From an uncultured Bacteroidota bacterium (GTDB lineage Bacteria; CLD3; SB21; JBBIRG01), in assembly GCA_964609675.1 (NCBI GenBank), contig CAZSRX010000008.1, forward strand, positions 28,618-92,617: 64,000 bases of DNA. Reading direction: 5' to 3'. The translations under genes and the position numbers were made by a program. Below the pieces are notes generated by a model. That model saw nothing but the letters and a program-made list of their open reading frames with translations. It did no database searches and was not told where the DNA came from. Positions 38,557 to 50,800 of this stretch are shown in pieces (positions within the stretch are counted from its first letter, which is position 1; every line of letters starts with the position of its first letter).

Positions 38557-40558
38557 ACTGGGCTATGGATGCCGGCTTCTCTTTGGTATGCGTAAGCTTC
38601 AGGCGGATGCCTTTAGCTTCTATGAGCGATTGAATCTCCTGCATGACGCCTTCGGAATCAAGGCCCAAGCGCTGATACAAAATTTCATTTTCGCCATGCT
38701 CGACGAACGCGTCAGGCAAGCCCATCACATGGACAGTCAGCCGGGATATTTTTTCTGCAAATTGCGGATCACGACGGGAATGCGTTTCGATGAATTTCTG
38801 GCAGTAAATTTTTTCAAGAACGGCGCTGCCAAACCCGCCCTGGATAGTATTGTCTTCCAGAGTGATGACGATACGATGATCCCGTACCATTTCGAAAAGC
38901 ATTTCTTCATCCAAAGGTTTTACAAAACGGGCGTTCACCACCGTGACCGAATACCCCGCTTTAAGAAGTCGCGCCGCCGCCTGACTGGCTGTGGAAACCA
39001 TGGATCCGATGGCAAGGATGGCGGCATCATTTCCGCGCACGAGTATCTCAGATTTTCCAATTTCAATTTTACTGAATTCTTCAAGAATCGGCACGCCGAC
39101 ACCGTTACCGCGCGGGTATCGAATGGCAATGGGCCCCTGATTATAAAGAATCCCTGTATAAATCATATCCTTTAGTTCGTTTTCATCTTTTGGCGCCATA
39201 ATGGTCATGCCTTGAATGCATCGCAAGAACGACAAATCCAGCGCTCCGTGATGGGTAGGGCCGTCGGCGCCTACCAAACCGGCGCGGTCAAGGCAAAAGA
39301 GCACCGGCACATTCTGCAAAGCCACGTCGTGGACGATCTGGTCAAAGCTGCGCTGAATAAACGTGGAATAAATGGCCACCACCGGTTTCAGTCCGTTTAG
39401 TCCCATGCCTGCGGCCATTGTAACGGCGTGCGATTCCGCAATGCCTACATCAAAAAAACGCTGAGGCATGGCGTCCGCTAAGTATTTCAATCCGGTTCCT
39501 TCGGCCATCGCGGCGGTAATGCCTACCACATGCGGATATTTACGGCATAATTTCAACAAGGTTTTTCCGAATACCTCCGTGTAGGAGGGCGCCGACTTTC
39601 GGGATTCGAATGCCGTTTCTAAGGATGTGGATTTCGCCGATACCGCATGATAACGGGTAGCGTCTTCTTTGTATTTCTCCACATCGCGCTCTTCCTGTAT
39701 CATCCCTTTGCCTTTTTTAGTCAGCACATGAAGCAGCAGCGGGCCTTTGATATTTTTGATGTCGTTAAATAGCCGTAATAACCGCGGCAGATCATGACCA
39801 TCCACCGGACCGAAATATCGGAAACCAAGACTTTCAAAAAAATGACCCGGCACCAGGACGGTTTTAATGCCTTCTTCAAGTTTGGCAACGCCATAACGGA
39901 CTTTATCACCGAGATCATGAAATTTTCCGAGCGCTTCCCAAATCTCTTTCTTAACTTTATTATAAAGCGGGTTGGAAATCAGATCGGTTAGATGCTTGGA
40001 TAAGGCGCCTACATTGGATGAAATCGACATCATATTGTCATTCAAAATGACGATGAGGTCTCTCTTAATACTGCCCGCGTGGTTGAGCGCTTCAAACGCC
40101 AGACCGCCTGTCAGGGCGCCATCGCCGATGATGGCAATGACTTTGTGATTTTGTTTCTGTATATCCCGCGCGATGGCCATCCCCACAGCCGCGGATATCG
40201 ACGTGCTGGCATGGCCGGTACAGAATGCGTCATACTCGCTTTCATCAATCTTGCAGAAACCGCTCAGACCATCAGTTTGGCGGATCGTGTGAAAACGGTC
40301 CTTACGCCCGGTCAGTAATTTATGAATATAGGCCTGGTGGCTCACATCCCAGATAATTTTATCACGCGGGGTATCAAAGGTATAATGCAGGGCAACGGTC
40401 AGTTCCACTACGCCCAGGCTTGCGCCCAGATGGCCGCCAATGCGGGTGATTTCATCAATCACATACTGCCTCAATTCCGCTGACAGTCTGATCAGTTCTT
40501 CCGGTTTGAGCGTTTTTAAATCATCCGGTGTATTGACCCGGTTAAATATCGATGGCAT
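38555..40558 (-). CDS. dxs: 1-deoxy-D-xylulose-5-phosphate synthase
   Basis: GGHLGASLGVVEL, WDVSHQAY.HK, GHASTSIS, GDGALTGG, GPVDGHD, DVGIAESH, DGPTHHG, RYPRG. Confidence 0.97.
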   Translation of the reverse strand: MPSIFNRVNTPDDLKTLKPEELIRLSAELRQYVIDEITRIGGHLGASLGVVELTVALHYTFDTPRDKIIWDVSHQAYIHKLLTGRKDRFHTIRQTDGLSGFCKIDESEYDAFCTGHASTSISAAVGMAIARDIQKQNHKVIAIIGDGALTGGLAFEALNHAGSIKRDLIVILNDNMMSISSNVGALSKHLTDLISNPLYNKVKKEIWEALGKFHDLGDKVRYGVAKLEEGIKTVLVPGHFFESLGFRYFGPVDGHDLPRLLRLFNDIKNIKGPLLLHVLTKKGKGMIQEERDVEKYKEDATRYHAVSAKSTSLETAFESRKSAPSYTEVFGKTLLKLCRKYPHVVGITAAMAEGTGLKYLADAMPQRFFDVGIAESHAVTMAAGMGLNGLKPVVAIYSTFIQRSFDQIVHDVALQNVPVLFCLDRAGLVGADGPTHHGALDLSFLRCIQGMTIMAPKDENELKDMIYTGILYNQGPIAIRYPRGNGVGVPILEEFSKIEIGKSEILVRGNDAAILAIGSMVSTASQAAARLLKAGYSVTVVNARFVKPLDEEMLFEMVRDHRIVITLEDNTIQGGFGSAVLEKIYCQKFIETHSRRDPQFAEKISRLTVHVMGLPDAFVEHGENEILYQRLGLDSEGVMQEIQSLIEAKGIRLKLTHTKEKPASIAQ

Positions 40559-40610
40559 GCAAAACCTTTATAAGTTTTTTATACGGCTTTAAATCTAATA
40601 TTTTTCCCAA

Positions 40611-40646
40611 AAAAAACAAGGTTGAATGTATTTACATTCAACCTTG
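40611..40646 (-). terminator. Rho-independent terminator of the DUF6588-like gene
   Basis: Perfect 13-bp inverted repeat CAAGGTTGAATGT/ACATTCAACCTTG followed by a T run on the minus strand. Confidence 0.85.
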
Positions 40647-40666
40647 CTCGTAAAACTTAATGATAC

Positions 40667-41773
40667 TTAAATAGCAAAATTGACACCTACGCTGTAAGCT
40701 TTCTTCTTAGCCATACTGTAGTCTGCATTGATATTAACAAGCAGGAACCGGAAATTGCTTCCGACTGTAATACGGTCTTTATTAACCCCTTTGGCCTTAA
40801 ATTTTACAGGAATGGTATTATTCGCGTCCATGACATAATCATATTTGAATGTCATTTCTGAGGATTCCCTGAGATAACCGGCATATGGCGTGATATTCAA
40901 AAAACCAAATCCAAGTTGTTTACTCACTGTCGCACCATAAGCTACGGCATGGGCTTCAAACAATTTTCCCTGGCTGATATTTTGCTGATAAAACGCGGCG
41001 GCAAAATCCATTGGCATCTTAAAAGGCAGCCACACGGCAGGATTGTGCTGTATTCCCCATCCGAAATAATTCATTTTACCGACCTTGCCATATATTTTGG
41101 CCGGCGGCAGATAGCGTAAAGTAACCTGAGTGCCCCAAACCGTACCGATAGTTGCCTGGGGCGCCATAAGCGGCACAACTGGCGATTCGAGAATGCCTCC
41201 GATTTTTAAAGTATCTCTGATATTATTTAATTCTATTGTCTGCGTTTGCCCGTTGGGATCAGTAATATTGAACGTTTTATTGCCAATGGTAACAACGATT
41301 TTATCTGATTTTTTTCCAATAAATGTGGCGCCGGACAATGTTACCGGTACGGATTGACCGACAATTTGTGATGAAACCGTATTAATAGCGGTTATTTTTT
41401 GAGCGGAATCAAGACTATTATACCAGGCCTGATTTCTTAAATAGGCTTCGGATATTTCATTCGCATCGGCTTGCTGAAATTGATAATCGCCGGTGGTGGA
41501 AAACCGTTTATCTTTATCGGTGAACATCGTTCCTACAAATACCACGCCGACTTCAATGTCCAGTCCGAATTTTTTGGCTTTTGGTGAACGGTGAAACCAT
41601 CCGGTATTCAGATTTGTCGAAAAGCCGGTGGTTACCGGTTTGGTATATAACTTAGCCGCGGGTTCGGCAAGTCCGGTAATCGCTTCCTTCAGATTGCCCT
41701 GCGCCATTGTCAATGAGGCAACAATAAAAATTAAGCCCAAAATGAGTGACAAATTTTTGGTAACAGCTTTCAT
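40667..41773 (-). CDS. Exported beta-barrel-like protein, DUF6588-like
   Basis: Signal peptide ending TMA-Q; FSTNLNTGWF, PQATIGTVWGTQVTLRYLP, GWGIQH, amphipathic C-terminal strands ending VGVNFAI; GGAGG RBS before ATG 41773. Confidence 0.62.
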   Translation of the reverse strand: MKAVTKNLSLILGLIFIVASLTMAQGNLKEAITGLAEPAAKLYTKPVTTGFSTNLNTGWFHRSPKAKKFGLDIEVGVVFVGTMFTDKDKRFSTTGDYQFQQADANEISEAYLRNQAWYNSLDSAQKITAINTVSSQIVGQSVPVTLSGATFIGKKSDKIVVTIGNKTFNITDPNGQTQTIELNNIRDTLKIGGILESPVVPLMAPQATIGTVWGTQVTLRYLPPAKIYGKVGKMNYFGWGIQHNPAVWLPFKMPMDFAAAFYQQNISQGKLFEAHAVAYGATVSKQLGFGFLNITPYAGYLRESSEMTFKYDYVMDANNTIPVKFKAKGVNKDRITVGSNFRFLLVNINADYSMAKKKAYSVGVNFAI

Positions 41774-41820
41774 AGAGTACCTCCGGTTAGTTATTATATT
41801 ATTTGCTTGTAATATAATAA

Positions 41821-41860
41821 AAACAAAGGGCGGGTGCAAATATTCCCGCCCTTTTTTTTA
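41821..41860 (-). terminator. Terminator downstream of the giant gene
   Basis: AAAGGGCGGG-loop-CCCGCCCTTT (41825-41854) with T/A tracts on both sides. Confidence 0.85.
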
Positions 41861-41875
41861 ATAATTTTTTCGTTC

Positions 41876-44800
41876 TTATTTGATGACCATCATCTTATGG
41901 GTCTTGGTAAACCGCTGTTTGCCTTCCAGCGCTTTTGCGGTAATTCGATAGATGTACACACCGGATGCGACAGCCGTATTGCGGTTACTGAGTCCGTTCC
42001 ATCGGACTTTGTGGAATCCGGGTTCCATCTTCTTGTTCACCAGCGTCTGCACTTCCTGGCCAAGGATGTTGTAGATCTTTATGGTTACCTGCGCTGCGAC
42101 CGGCAGATCGTACTCGATGGTTGTGTTCGGGTTAAAAGGATTCGGATAATTCTGCGACAACCGGAAGCTCTTCGGCAGATCCACCAGAACGTATTCGGCG
42201 TCATGAACATTAATCTTGCCGTCATACGAAACGTCAGCGATACGATAAGCGTAGCGCGCGCCGGACTTCACTTCGGTATCTTCGAAGATATAATCCGTCG
42301 CAGAGGGCTTGGTACCTGCGCCCTTAAGCTGACCGGCTGAAGCAAACGTAGAATACAGCTGTTCGATGGTGATAAGACCCTTGTTCAGTTTGTCGTATTC
42401 TTCTTCCGAAATTTCTTTCTTAAACACGAGCCAGTAAGCGTTATTCAGCTCGCTTTCGGTTCTCCATTCCAGCGTTACTTTGCCGTTTTCGGAGCGTGCG
42501 CGGAAATAAGCCAGTTCGACCGGCAGGCTCGCGTCATTAACGGCGTCGCAGATGACCAGTGTATCCAGTATGCCCGCGCGGAACGGGTAGTTTGCGGCTT
42601 GTACCCACAGCTCGGTGGTATCCCGAAGCATGGTTACGCCCGGCATCGTATCGATCATGGCCCATACACCGGCGCTGCGCCGCCAGATATGTAACTGATT
42701 CTTATTATTATTATTCAGTTCATCGCGCCCATAATACAAGCGTATCGTGTCATTGCTGACCGTATTAGCGGATTGGACAGTGTAGTATCGCATTACAGCA
42801 GCTACGGCAACATTCAGCGTATCGCTAATCAACCGCACGGTCGTGCTTCCTAAGGCGTTGCCTAAGGTCTTAATACGGAAGTCATTTCCGAATATAACAT
42901 TGGCGCTGGTGCCTACGTTTTGGGTTTCATTGAAACTCCACCGTACGCGTCCGTAGGAAGGATCGCCATTATCCTGTTCATAGCGCACGCCGCTCATGGT
43001 GCCTTTGTAATTGACAAAGGATATACGTCCATTGCCGGACGTATTGGAAACATTGTAAAGCATGCGATTCGTGGCGGCAGAGTCAAACCGTACGCCGCTT
43101 GGGCTGACGAACTGATCGCTGGCCATTGAGATATAGGCATTGCCGGTGCCGCTCAGGAAGAAGGTGTTGTCCATCTTCTGGGTCGATTCAATCAGTGCGC
43201 CGGACTGCAGGGTTATACCATATTGCCCGCTGCCACCGAGATTGAAGAAGCCGGCGTTCTTGACGTCCAGCGTGCCGCCGCTCGCGACCACCATACGGTA
43301 GTTCCCGCTTACCGAACCGATGTTAGCGCGGTTAGCGTACGTTGTATCCGTACCGATTGCGCGGAAAATACCATTGTTGTTGATATTAATAACCGTGCCG
43401 TCACCGAAGCGGGATACCTTCGCGGCCTGGGCTTGCAGTAATCCCGAAACGTTGAAATTATTGCAATCTTCGATAGTACCGTAACCCATAACCAGGGTAC
43501 CATTATCGTAAACGTTAATAGAATAATTTCCTGAGATAAGTCTTGTAAGTCGCGCACGGATAGCATCGGAGGTACCAAGTATACTTAAAGAACCGCCGTA
43601 TATATTAACCTTGGTGCCGTTAGTCATCTTCAAGTTACCGCCTCCGGATACAAGCAGATCGCCGCTATAAACCCGGATGGAATCCGTTGCGGCATCGCCA
43701 TAATCGAAATTTCTTCCGCTTAGATCAAATGTGCCGTCCCGGACGATAAAATGATTTATCACTTTTGAATCACCTGTGGAAGTAACGGTCGCACCGGTTT
43801 TGTTAATTACCAGATTGGCAATCGAATTGTTTCCATCATCATAATTAGAAGCCGTTGATCCGTTGAGTATGAGAGAATCGCCGGCTTGCATAGTCACCGA
43901 AGCTGTTAAAGTAACATTACCGCCAATGGTTAAATGTCTGTTATTGGTCCTGAACCCACCGGATGATACGGTGAATTCGTTAGTAACGATGTTATTATTT
44001 GAATTTAATTGTAAATAATTACCCGAATTTTTATTGACAACAAGCCGATAATACGTCGTTCCATTGGTTTCGATACTTGAATTGATATTGCCTACAAACG
44101 ATACGGTTCTTCCGTTAGGAATAAATGTGCCGCCGTTATTATACCAACTGCCATATACTTCAATATCACTGCTGGATAAATCAAATATACCATTGACAAT
44201 ATTCAATAGACCGCGTAATTGCAGCGAAGACGCCAATCGAATAGTACCCGATGGTTTATCAATACGAACATTATAAAAGGGTTTGGACGTCCCGCCGGTA
44301 TTAATTGTCTGTAAACCAGTACCGTTGAATATGATATTTCCTGTACCGTAATTAAAGGTACCTGTGGTAGTCCAGTTTTCTCCGCAAACAATTTTATTGT
44401 TATTAGCCGTTAACGTAGCGCCGGCACCTATTGTAATACTTTTAGCTACAAACATAGTATCAGTGCCAGTAGTCAACGTTAACGAAGAGGACGTTCCCGT
44501 TATTAATAAGCTTCCGACAAGCCGCATTCGTTTAGTGGCATTAACGTTTACAGTTGCACCGTCTCGAATGGTTATATTATTGCAGGTAAGATTGGTATCA
44601 TACTGTACATTCGTAAATCCTGAAGGAATAAGAGCGTTCTTTGTCGCATCATCGGGTAAGCCATTAGGATTCCAATTTTCAGCTACTTTCCATGAGCGCC
44701 CGGTACCGGAGGGACCGCCGTCAAAAGTATAGGTAGTCGTGGAATAACGCCAGTCTAAATAAGCGCCGGAACTGTAGGCCTCGCCTTCAAACGCTCCGCT

Positions 44801-47800
44801 GGCATCATACATAATCAGTGAATCACCGCTGGTAGCGTTTGTTCGGGTAACATTTTTGGATACGCCTCCAGCGTTGGTCGGGAAGGTTACGCCGGTCATC
44901 CAAATATCGCCCGTGGTAAAATTACCGTCCAGTTTTAATAAGGAGCCGTCTGCCTGCCCGTTAGTAAATGTGGTAGAATCGAAATCATACGTAGCGTCAA
45001 TTCCGCTATTCGTGCCGTTTGTTGTAATGGAAACACCATTGGTGTTCATATATTCAAACAGAGCGTGTTTGGCCGCAATAGTACCTCCGGAACTGACAGT
45101 AAAGCCGTAATATGAAGTGCCACCGGTGCGGCGGGTCACCGTAACATTGCTATCCGGTGTCCCTATAATGTTGATCCTGCCACCGGAATTGACGGTCAGG
45201 GCCGTATTACCGGCGGCGGCAGCATACATCCGGAGATTAGAACCTTTATTCAGGTCCAGCGTTCCGGAAACAGTCAAATTATCGGCGCCATCTCCGAATT
45301 CTATTGTCTTTTTGTTTGAATATAAAGTACCGCTGGCAATATTAAGATTACCAACAACTGTAAGATTATCCTGCAGCGTTATAGAACCCGTTGAAGTCTT
45401 ATCAATTCGCAGATTGTTAAACGAGGAGCCGTTAGAGGTAAGGTTTTTGTTGTTATTGCTGGATAACCTGATTTCTCCGGATCCTGCATCGGTAAACGTG
45501 CCAGCATTATAAAATTCACCGTTGATGGTTGTGGTTCGGCCGTTATTATTAAAGGTTCCTTGCAGAATCCGTAAATCGTTGTTCACCTGCAGATCGTTAG
45601 CGCCCATAACAAGGCTGCCGCCGGATTTATTCACAACGATGTTGTAAAATTGCTTACCCGAGCCGGTTCCGCCGGTTACGAAAGTTTGTCCGGAGTTTCC
45701 GTTAAATATTACTACGCCGTTACCGTGGTTGAAATTACTGGAATTCGTCCAGTTACCTCCGACAAAGATTGTATCGGTACTATTCGTTACCGTGATGGTG
45801 CCGGTGCCGTCTATAGTTAGATAATCCGTAACAATTAAATTTCTTCCGTTCAACGTCAGCGTTTTTTGGCTTATCTGAAGCGTTTTAGCCAGCGCCGTAT
45901 CTGCCGTAATCGTCGGCATATTGGAGGAACTGGAATTAATAATCACGTTATTGTCCCTCGTCGGCACTGACTTCGGACTCCAGTTACCCGGATTATGCCA
46001 GTTAGTATTGGTTTTACCGGTCCATTGCCGGGTATTGGTGGTATATACCCAATCTACACGATCACCCGCGTCGAGTTCATAATCGGCACCTTCAAAGGCA
46101 CCCGTAGCATCTTGCATGGTAATGTGGCCGGCCGCTCCTTCTTTGGCGACATTATAGGACTGCCCGGTGGGAACTGTCGGGAAGTTAACATCCCGGATAA
46201 CCAATGTATCGGTGTTATTTTTCAGGTATAGCATTTTACCTTCCGCCATACCGTTGTCAAACGTACAATAGCTGAAATTGTTGCCGGTATCAATCGTCGC
46301 TGAATTGATATAGATACCGTAAGTATTCATATACTCGAACTTAGCATATTTCGCATGAATTTTTGTGCCGTTAGACATGGTAAAGCCGTAATAATTGGCG
46401 GCGTTATTACGGGTCACCGTCGCGACATTACCGCTAACGCCGACGGCCCGGAATACGGCGCCGTTTTGAACCGTAAACGCCGAATTACCGAATATTTTTA
46501 ACTGAGCACCGGCATCTACTTCCAGCGTGGCATTACTGTCAACAACAAAGTAATCGGTTGCGGCATTGCCCAAATTTAATACCTGACCGTTAAGATCCAG
46601 ACTGCCGTATAGGACGGTCATGTTTCCGTTAAAGGTTGCGGCATCGGTTAGCGAATAGGAACCGGTTATGCGGATATTCTCAAAACTCGAGCCGTTCGAT
46701 CGGATAGTTTTTGTTGCCCCGGTAAGAATAACCGTTGAAGTGGAAGGTGTAAATGTGCCGCTGGTCGCGTTCCAGTTTCCTTGTACGGTAATATCGCGCG
46801 TACCGTTGGCGCTGAAGTTTCCTTCATTGATATTCAGGTTATTCCGAATAATTAAATCCGACAAACCCTGCAGATAGACATAATTAGTTGGAGCAGTGCC
46901 GGTATTGCTGATGATGATATTAAAGTACCGTTTGCCTTTCCCTGTACCCTCCGGATAGAAGTTTTGATTTGCCGATCCGTTAAATGTCAGGGTGTTATTG
47001 ACCTCATTGGTATCTGACAGCAACAAACCGTAATTTAAAAAATTACCACCACACGTTATATTATGATTTTCCGTGCTGACATCCAGAATAACTTCTCCTG
47101 CCATGGCAGCCGTTGATATCTGTATATATCCCCGTGCTTGCAAATCGCCGTTAATGCGTTTCCAGTAAACCGGGCCGCTGGATTGTTTGCTGATCAGTAG
47201 ATTGCCGTAATAGAAATGGGAACCGTCAGACAATTTGGTCTCAATAAGCTGGACCGAATCCCGTATATATTGAGTAACGGAAGTGGGATTCATGTTAATA
47301 TATTCGAAATTCTTAGGAAAATTGTCATAGCCGCGCAAATAGATATTCATACCCGCGTCGAGTTGGAAACTGTCGGCTTCGGATAGACTGTTGACCGTAT
47401 AAACATTCAAATCAAAATTGCGTTTGACGTCAAATAATCCGCTGTCAATATTAATATTGGTGAAGAGTGTTTTAGTCCCGGTTCCTTCAAACCGCAGACC
47501 GCTGAATGTAGTAGGATTATTTCCGCCGGTACCCCCGCCATATATATTTTGTCCGGCTCCGTTGAATATAACGGTGCTCAGATTAGGCGTAAAAGTAGCG
47601 TAATTGTCCCAGTTGCCACTTAATTGAATGGTCTTGCCGTTGCCGTCTACGACGCCCGAAGATAACTGAATGGTAATTCCTCCGCGGATATCGACATTCG
47701 TCATGAAGGTCTTGGCACCGCTATTTTCAAAGACAACGTTATAAAAATCGCTCGAGTCGCGACCATAAATGAAAGCGGCAGCGGTACCGTTAAAATAGGT

Positions 47801-50800
47801 TGTACTGGTGCCGTGCTTATAATAACCGCCGTTGTCATTATCCCATTTCTTTCCGACATATAAAGCTACGTTGGATACGTTATCCAGCGTGCCGAACGAG
47901 TCAATAAACAACGTATCATTGATCTGAACCGCATTGGTAGTTATAGCAAGAATGGAATTGCGGCCGACTTCGAGCGTACTGAAACGCTTGTTGGTCGCAG
48001 TACCGCCACTGACCAGCGTCTGGATGCCGGTACTGTCAAACCGCACGCGTCCGCCGCCGGGATTGAAAGTCCCGGGATTTGACCAGTTACCTTTGACCTG
48101 GATAAGGGACTGGCCGCTCATAACGGTCAATGTACCATTAATGGTAATGTCGCCGTGAACCACTAATGTATCGTCCATTATCATCAGCTGGCGCGTACCG
48201 GCTTCGATGGTCAGGTCTTTGCAGTAAGCTACGCCGGGGGTGTTGTTGGTGTCCGTATAGCAATGGTTAACGGCGGAAGCAGCAATCACCACGCGTCGGT
48301 TTCCGTCGGGTACGCCGGCCGGCGTCCAGTTGTAGGGATTAAACCAATTGGTGCTGTAGGTACCGTTCCAGGTCGATATGGAATCGGAGAAAATCCATTC
48401 AATAATGCCCGTGCTCGTGGGATTATCGTATGTGTCGCCGGAAAATACGCCGGTGGCGTCCACAAACTGCAGGGTATCGGTGGCATCCCCGAAGGTTACG
48501 TTGTTGGCGCCGCCACCAGGATTGACTGAGAAATTGGCGTTCCAGATCGCGTTGTTATTAGCGCGGGTCATACTGGTTGTTAAACTGTCTATACGTAAAG
48601 CCGTCGCGCCGGCTACGCCCATTGGATAAGCAAAGTTACCGTCGCTGAAATTATACGGGTAAGTCTGGATGGTTCCTCCGGCCTGGACCCACACGCCGTT
48701 GGCGTTGGTGCGTTCAATCTTATAATAACGGGCTCCGATAGTTCCATTAGGCCCTATCGTAAGCGCATAGGTGCCGGCCCCTGTGCGCCGTGTGATAATG
48801 GCCGGATTAGCGCTGTCGCCAATAACCGTAAGCGTCCCGGCGGTACCGTACAGACCGACGTTTACGCGGGAATTCTGGTAAACATAGAAGGTACTGCCGG
48901 TTTCAATGGCCAATACGCCTCCTTCGGCTATATTTACCGAATCGGTTCCGGTCGTGCTGTAATAAATGTCGTAACCATTGGACCGGATAGTACCGCGGTT
49001 GATATTAAACACCCCGCGAACATCCATCTGGTAGCCGGTAAGCGTGTATGTGCCTGCGCTGTCAATTTGTAAATGGTTAAAAATATAATTGCCGCCAATG
49101 CCGGTATAACCCGTTCGAAGCGTGCGACTGCCCTTGCCGCGCAGATAAACCGTGTCGCCGCGGGCTATAAAAGTACCGCCCCGGTTATCCCAATCCCCGT
49201 AGCAATAAACAGTGTTAAACCCAAGCGTATTCACATCGAGCGAACCGGCAATTATAATTAAATTCCCGCCGACATATAAATCACTGTTTGTTTGTCCCAA
49301 TAATACATCATTCTGGTTGGGTTTGTTCAGAACAAAGTTATAAAAACCGTTCGTTAAAGCCTGGTTAATGGAATTCATGTTTGTGGTAAACGTGGCGTTG
49401 ACAGTTCCATCGGCGATAACCGTATTATTGTTATGTATAAAAACGCCGTTGTTGGTCCAGTTGCCGCCGACAAACAGGGAATCGCCGCTGTTGACAATCA
49501 GGGAATCGCCGGCATTGATGGTCAGGTGGCGGTTGACGTCAATTTTGGTCATAAAATATTTTGCGCCGGACCCGGACAGCACGAGATCATAAAAGTCATC
49601 GCGTCCGGTGGCCGAAATGTATTGCGGCCCGTTTCGATTAAAAGTAACGCTGCCGGTACCGGTCGTAACCGTTGTGGAAGGCGCCTGATACCAATTACCG
49701 CCCACGTAAACGGCCTGCCCGCCAAGACTGAAATTCCCGGATTCTATAGCCAAACTGTCATTCACATCCAGACGTTGCGTAATACGGACGTCGTTACCGC
49801 GGAGATACAGCTTATTAAAGGCCTTACCATTACTCAGATTACCGCTGTACAAATACTGTATGCCGCTTCCGTCTATAATCACCCGGCCGGATCGCGGCTG
49901 AAACACCCCGGAGGCGGTGGTATTATACCAGTATCCGCCGCAATTGATTGTGTAATTATTCGTCGAAACATCAAGAGTCGTATTGGCCTCTATGGTAAGA
50001 TTACCGCGGCAATTTAAATCGCCATCTAAGGTTTTTGTAACGACGGCGCCGTTACCATAGAAGTAAATATTACCGTACTGGATCTTAGAGCCGCTTGCGG
50101 TTACGGCGGGTATGACCTGGTTGCCGCGGTCAAAATACACGGTGCTGGAGGCGGCCAGCGTGATGGTCTCAAAACCAGCAGGGAACGAGTTGCTGTCGGA
50201 ACCGGTAGTGTTTCGAATATACAATCCGCAATTGGCGCCCAGGTCTAATGTGTTACTGCCGCCCAAACCGTTGATGCGGAAATTCTGCAGGTTTAGGTAC
50301 GCCACACCAGCGTTCACGGTTATATTGCCGCGCACATCGAAACTGTCATAATAAACCGTACGGGCGCCGGAACCTGTAAAATTCAGATTCCAGAAGGTCT
50401 GCTTCGGCGCTCCCGCATACAAATATATACCGGTGCCGGTACCGTCGTTGCGGTCTAGCGTGATGGTCGAGGGTTGCGAACCCACGTCAATGCGGGCGTT
50501 GGCGCCGTCATTGAACTGTAAATTGTTCCCGACATTAATGTTAAAATACCGGTTGCTCGGGTTATACATTCGCAGTGTCGTATTATTATAAACATAAAGC
50601 GTACCGGTTACTTTCAGATTACTATCCAGTGTTTTATACCCGTAACGCAGATACAGGTTCGAATAATTAATCTGGTTTCCGTTAGGAAGATACGTTTTGA
50701 CGGTTTGTATCGAGTCGCCAACCGCTGGCCGATCATAAATCACAATACTTCCGGAGCTGAAATTGGCGTTTTCCACGCTGTCCGGGAAGCTATTGGTGCC

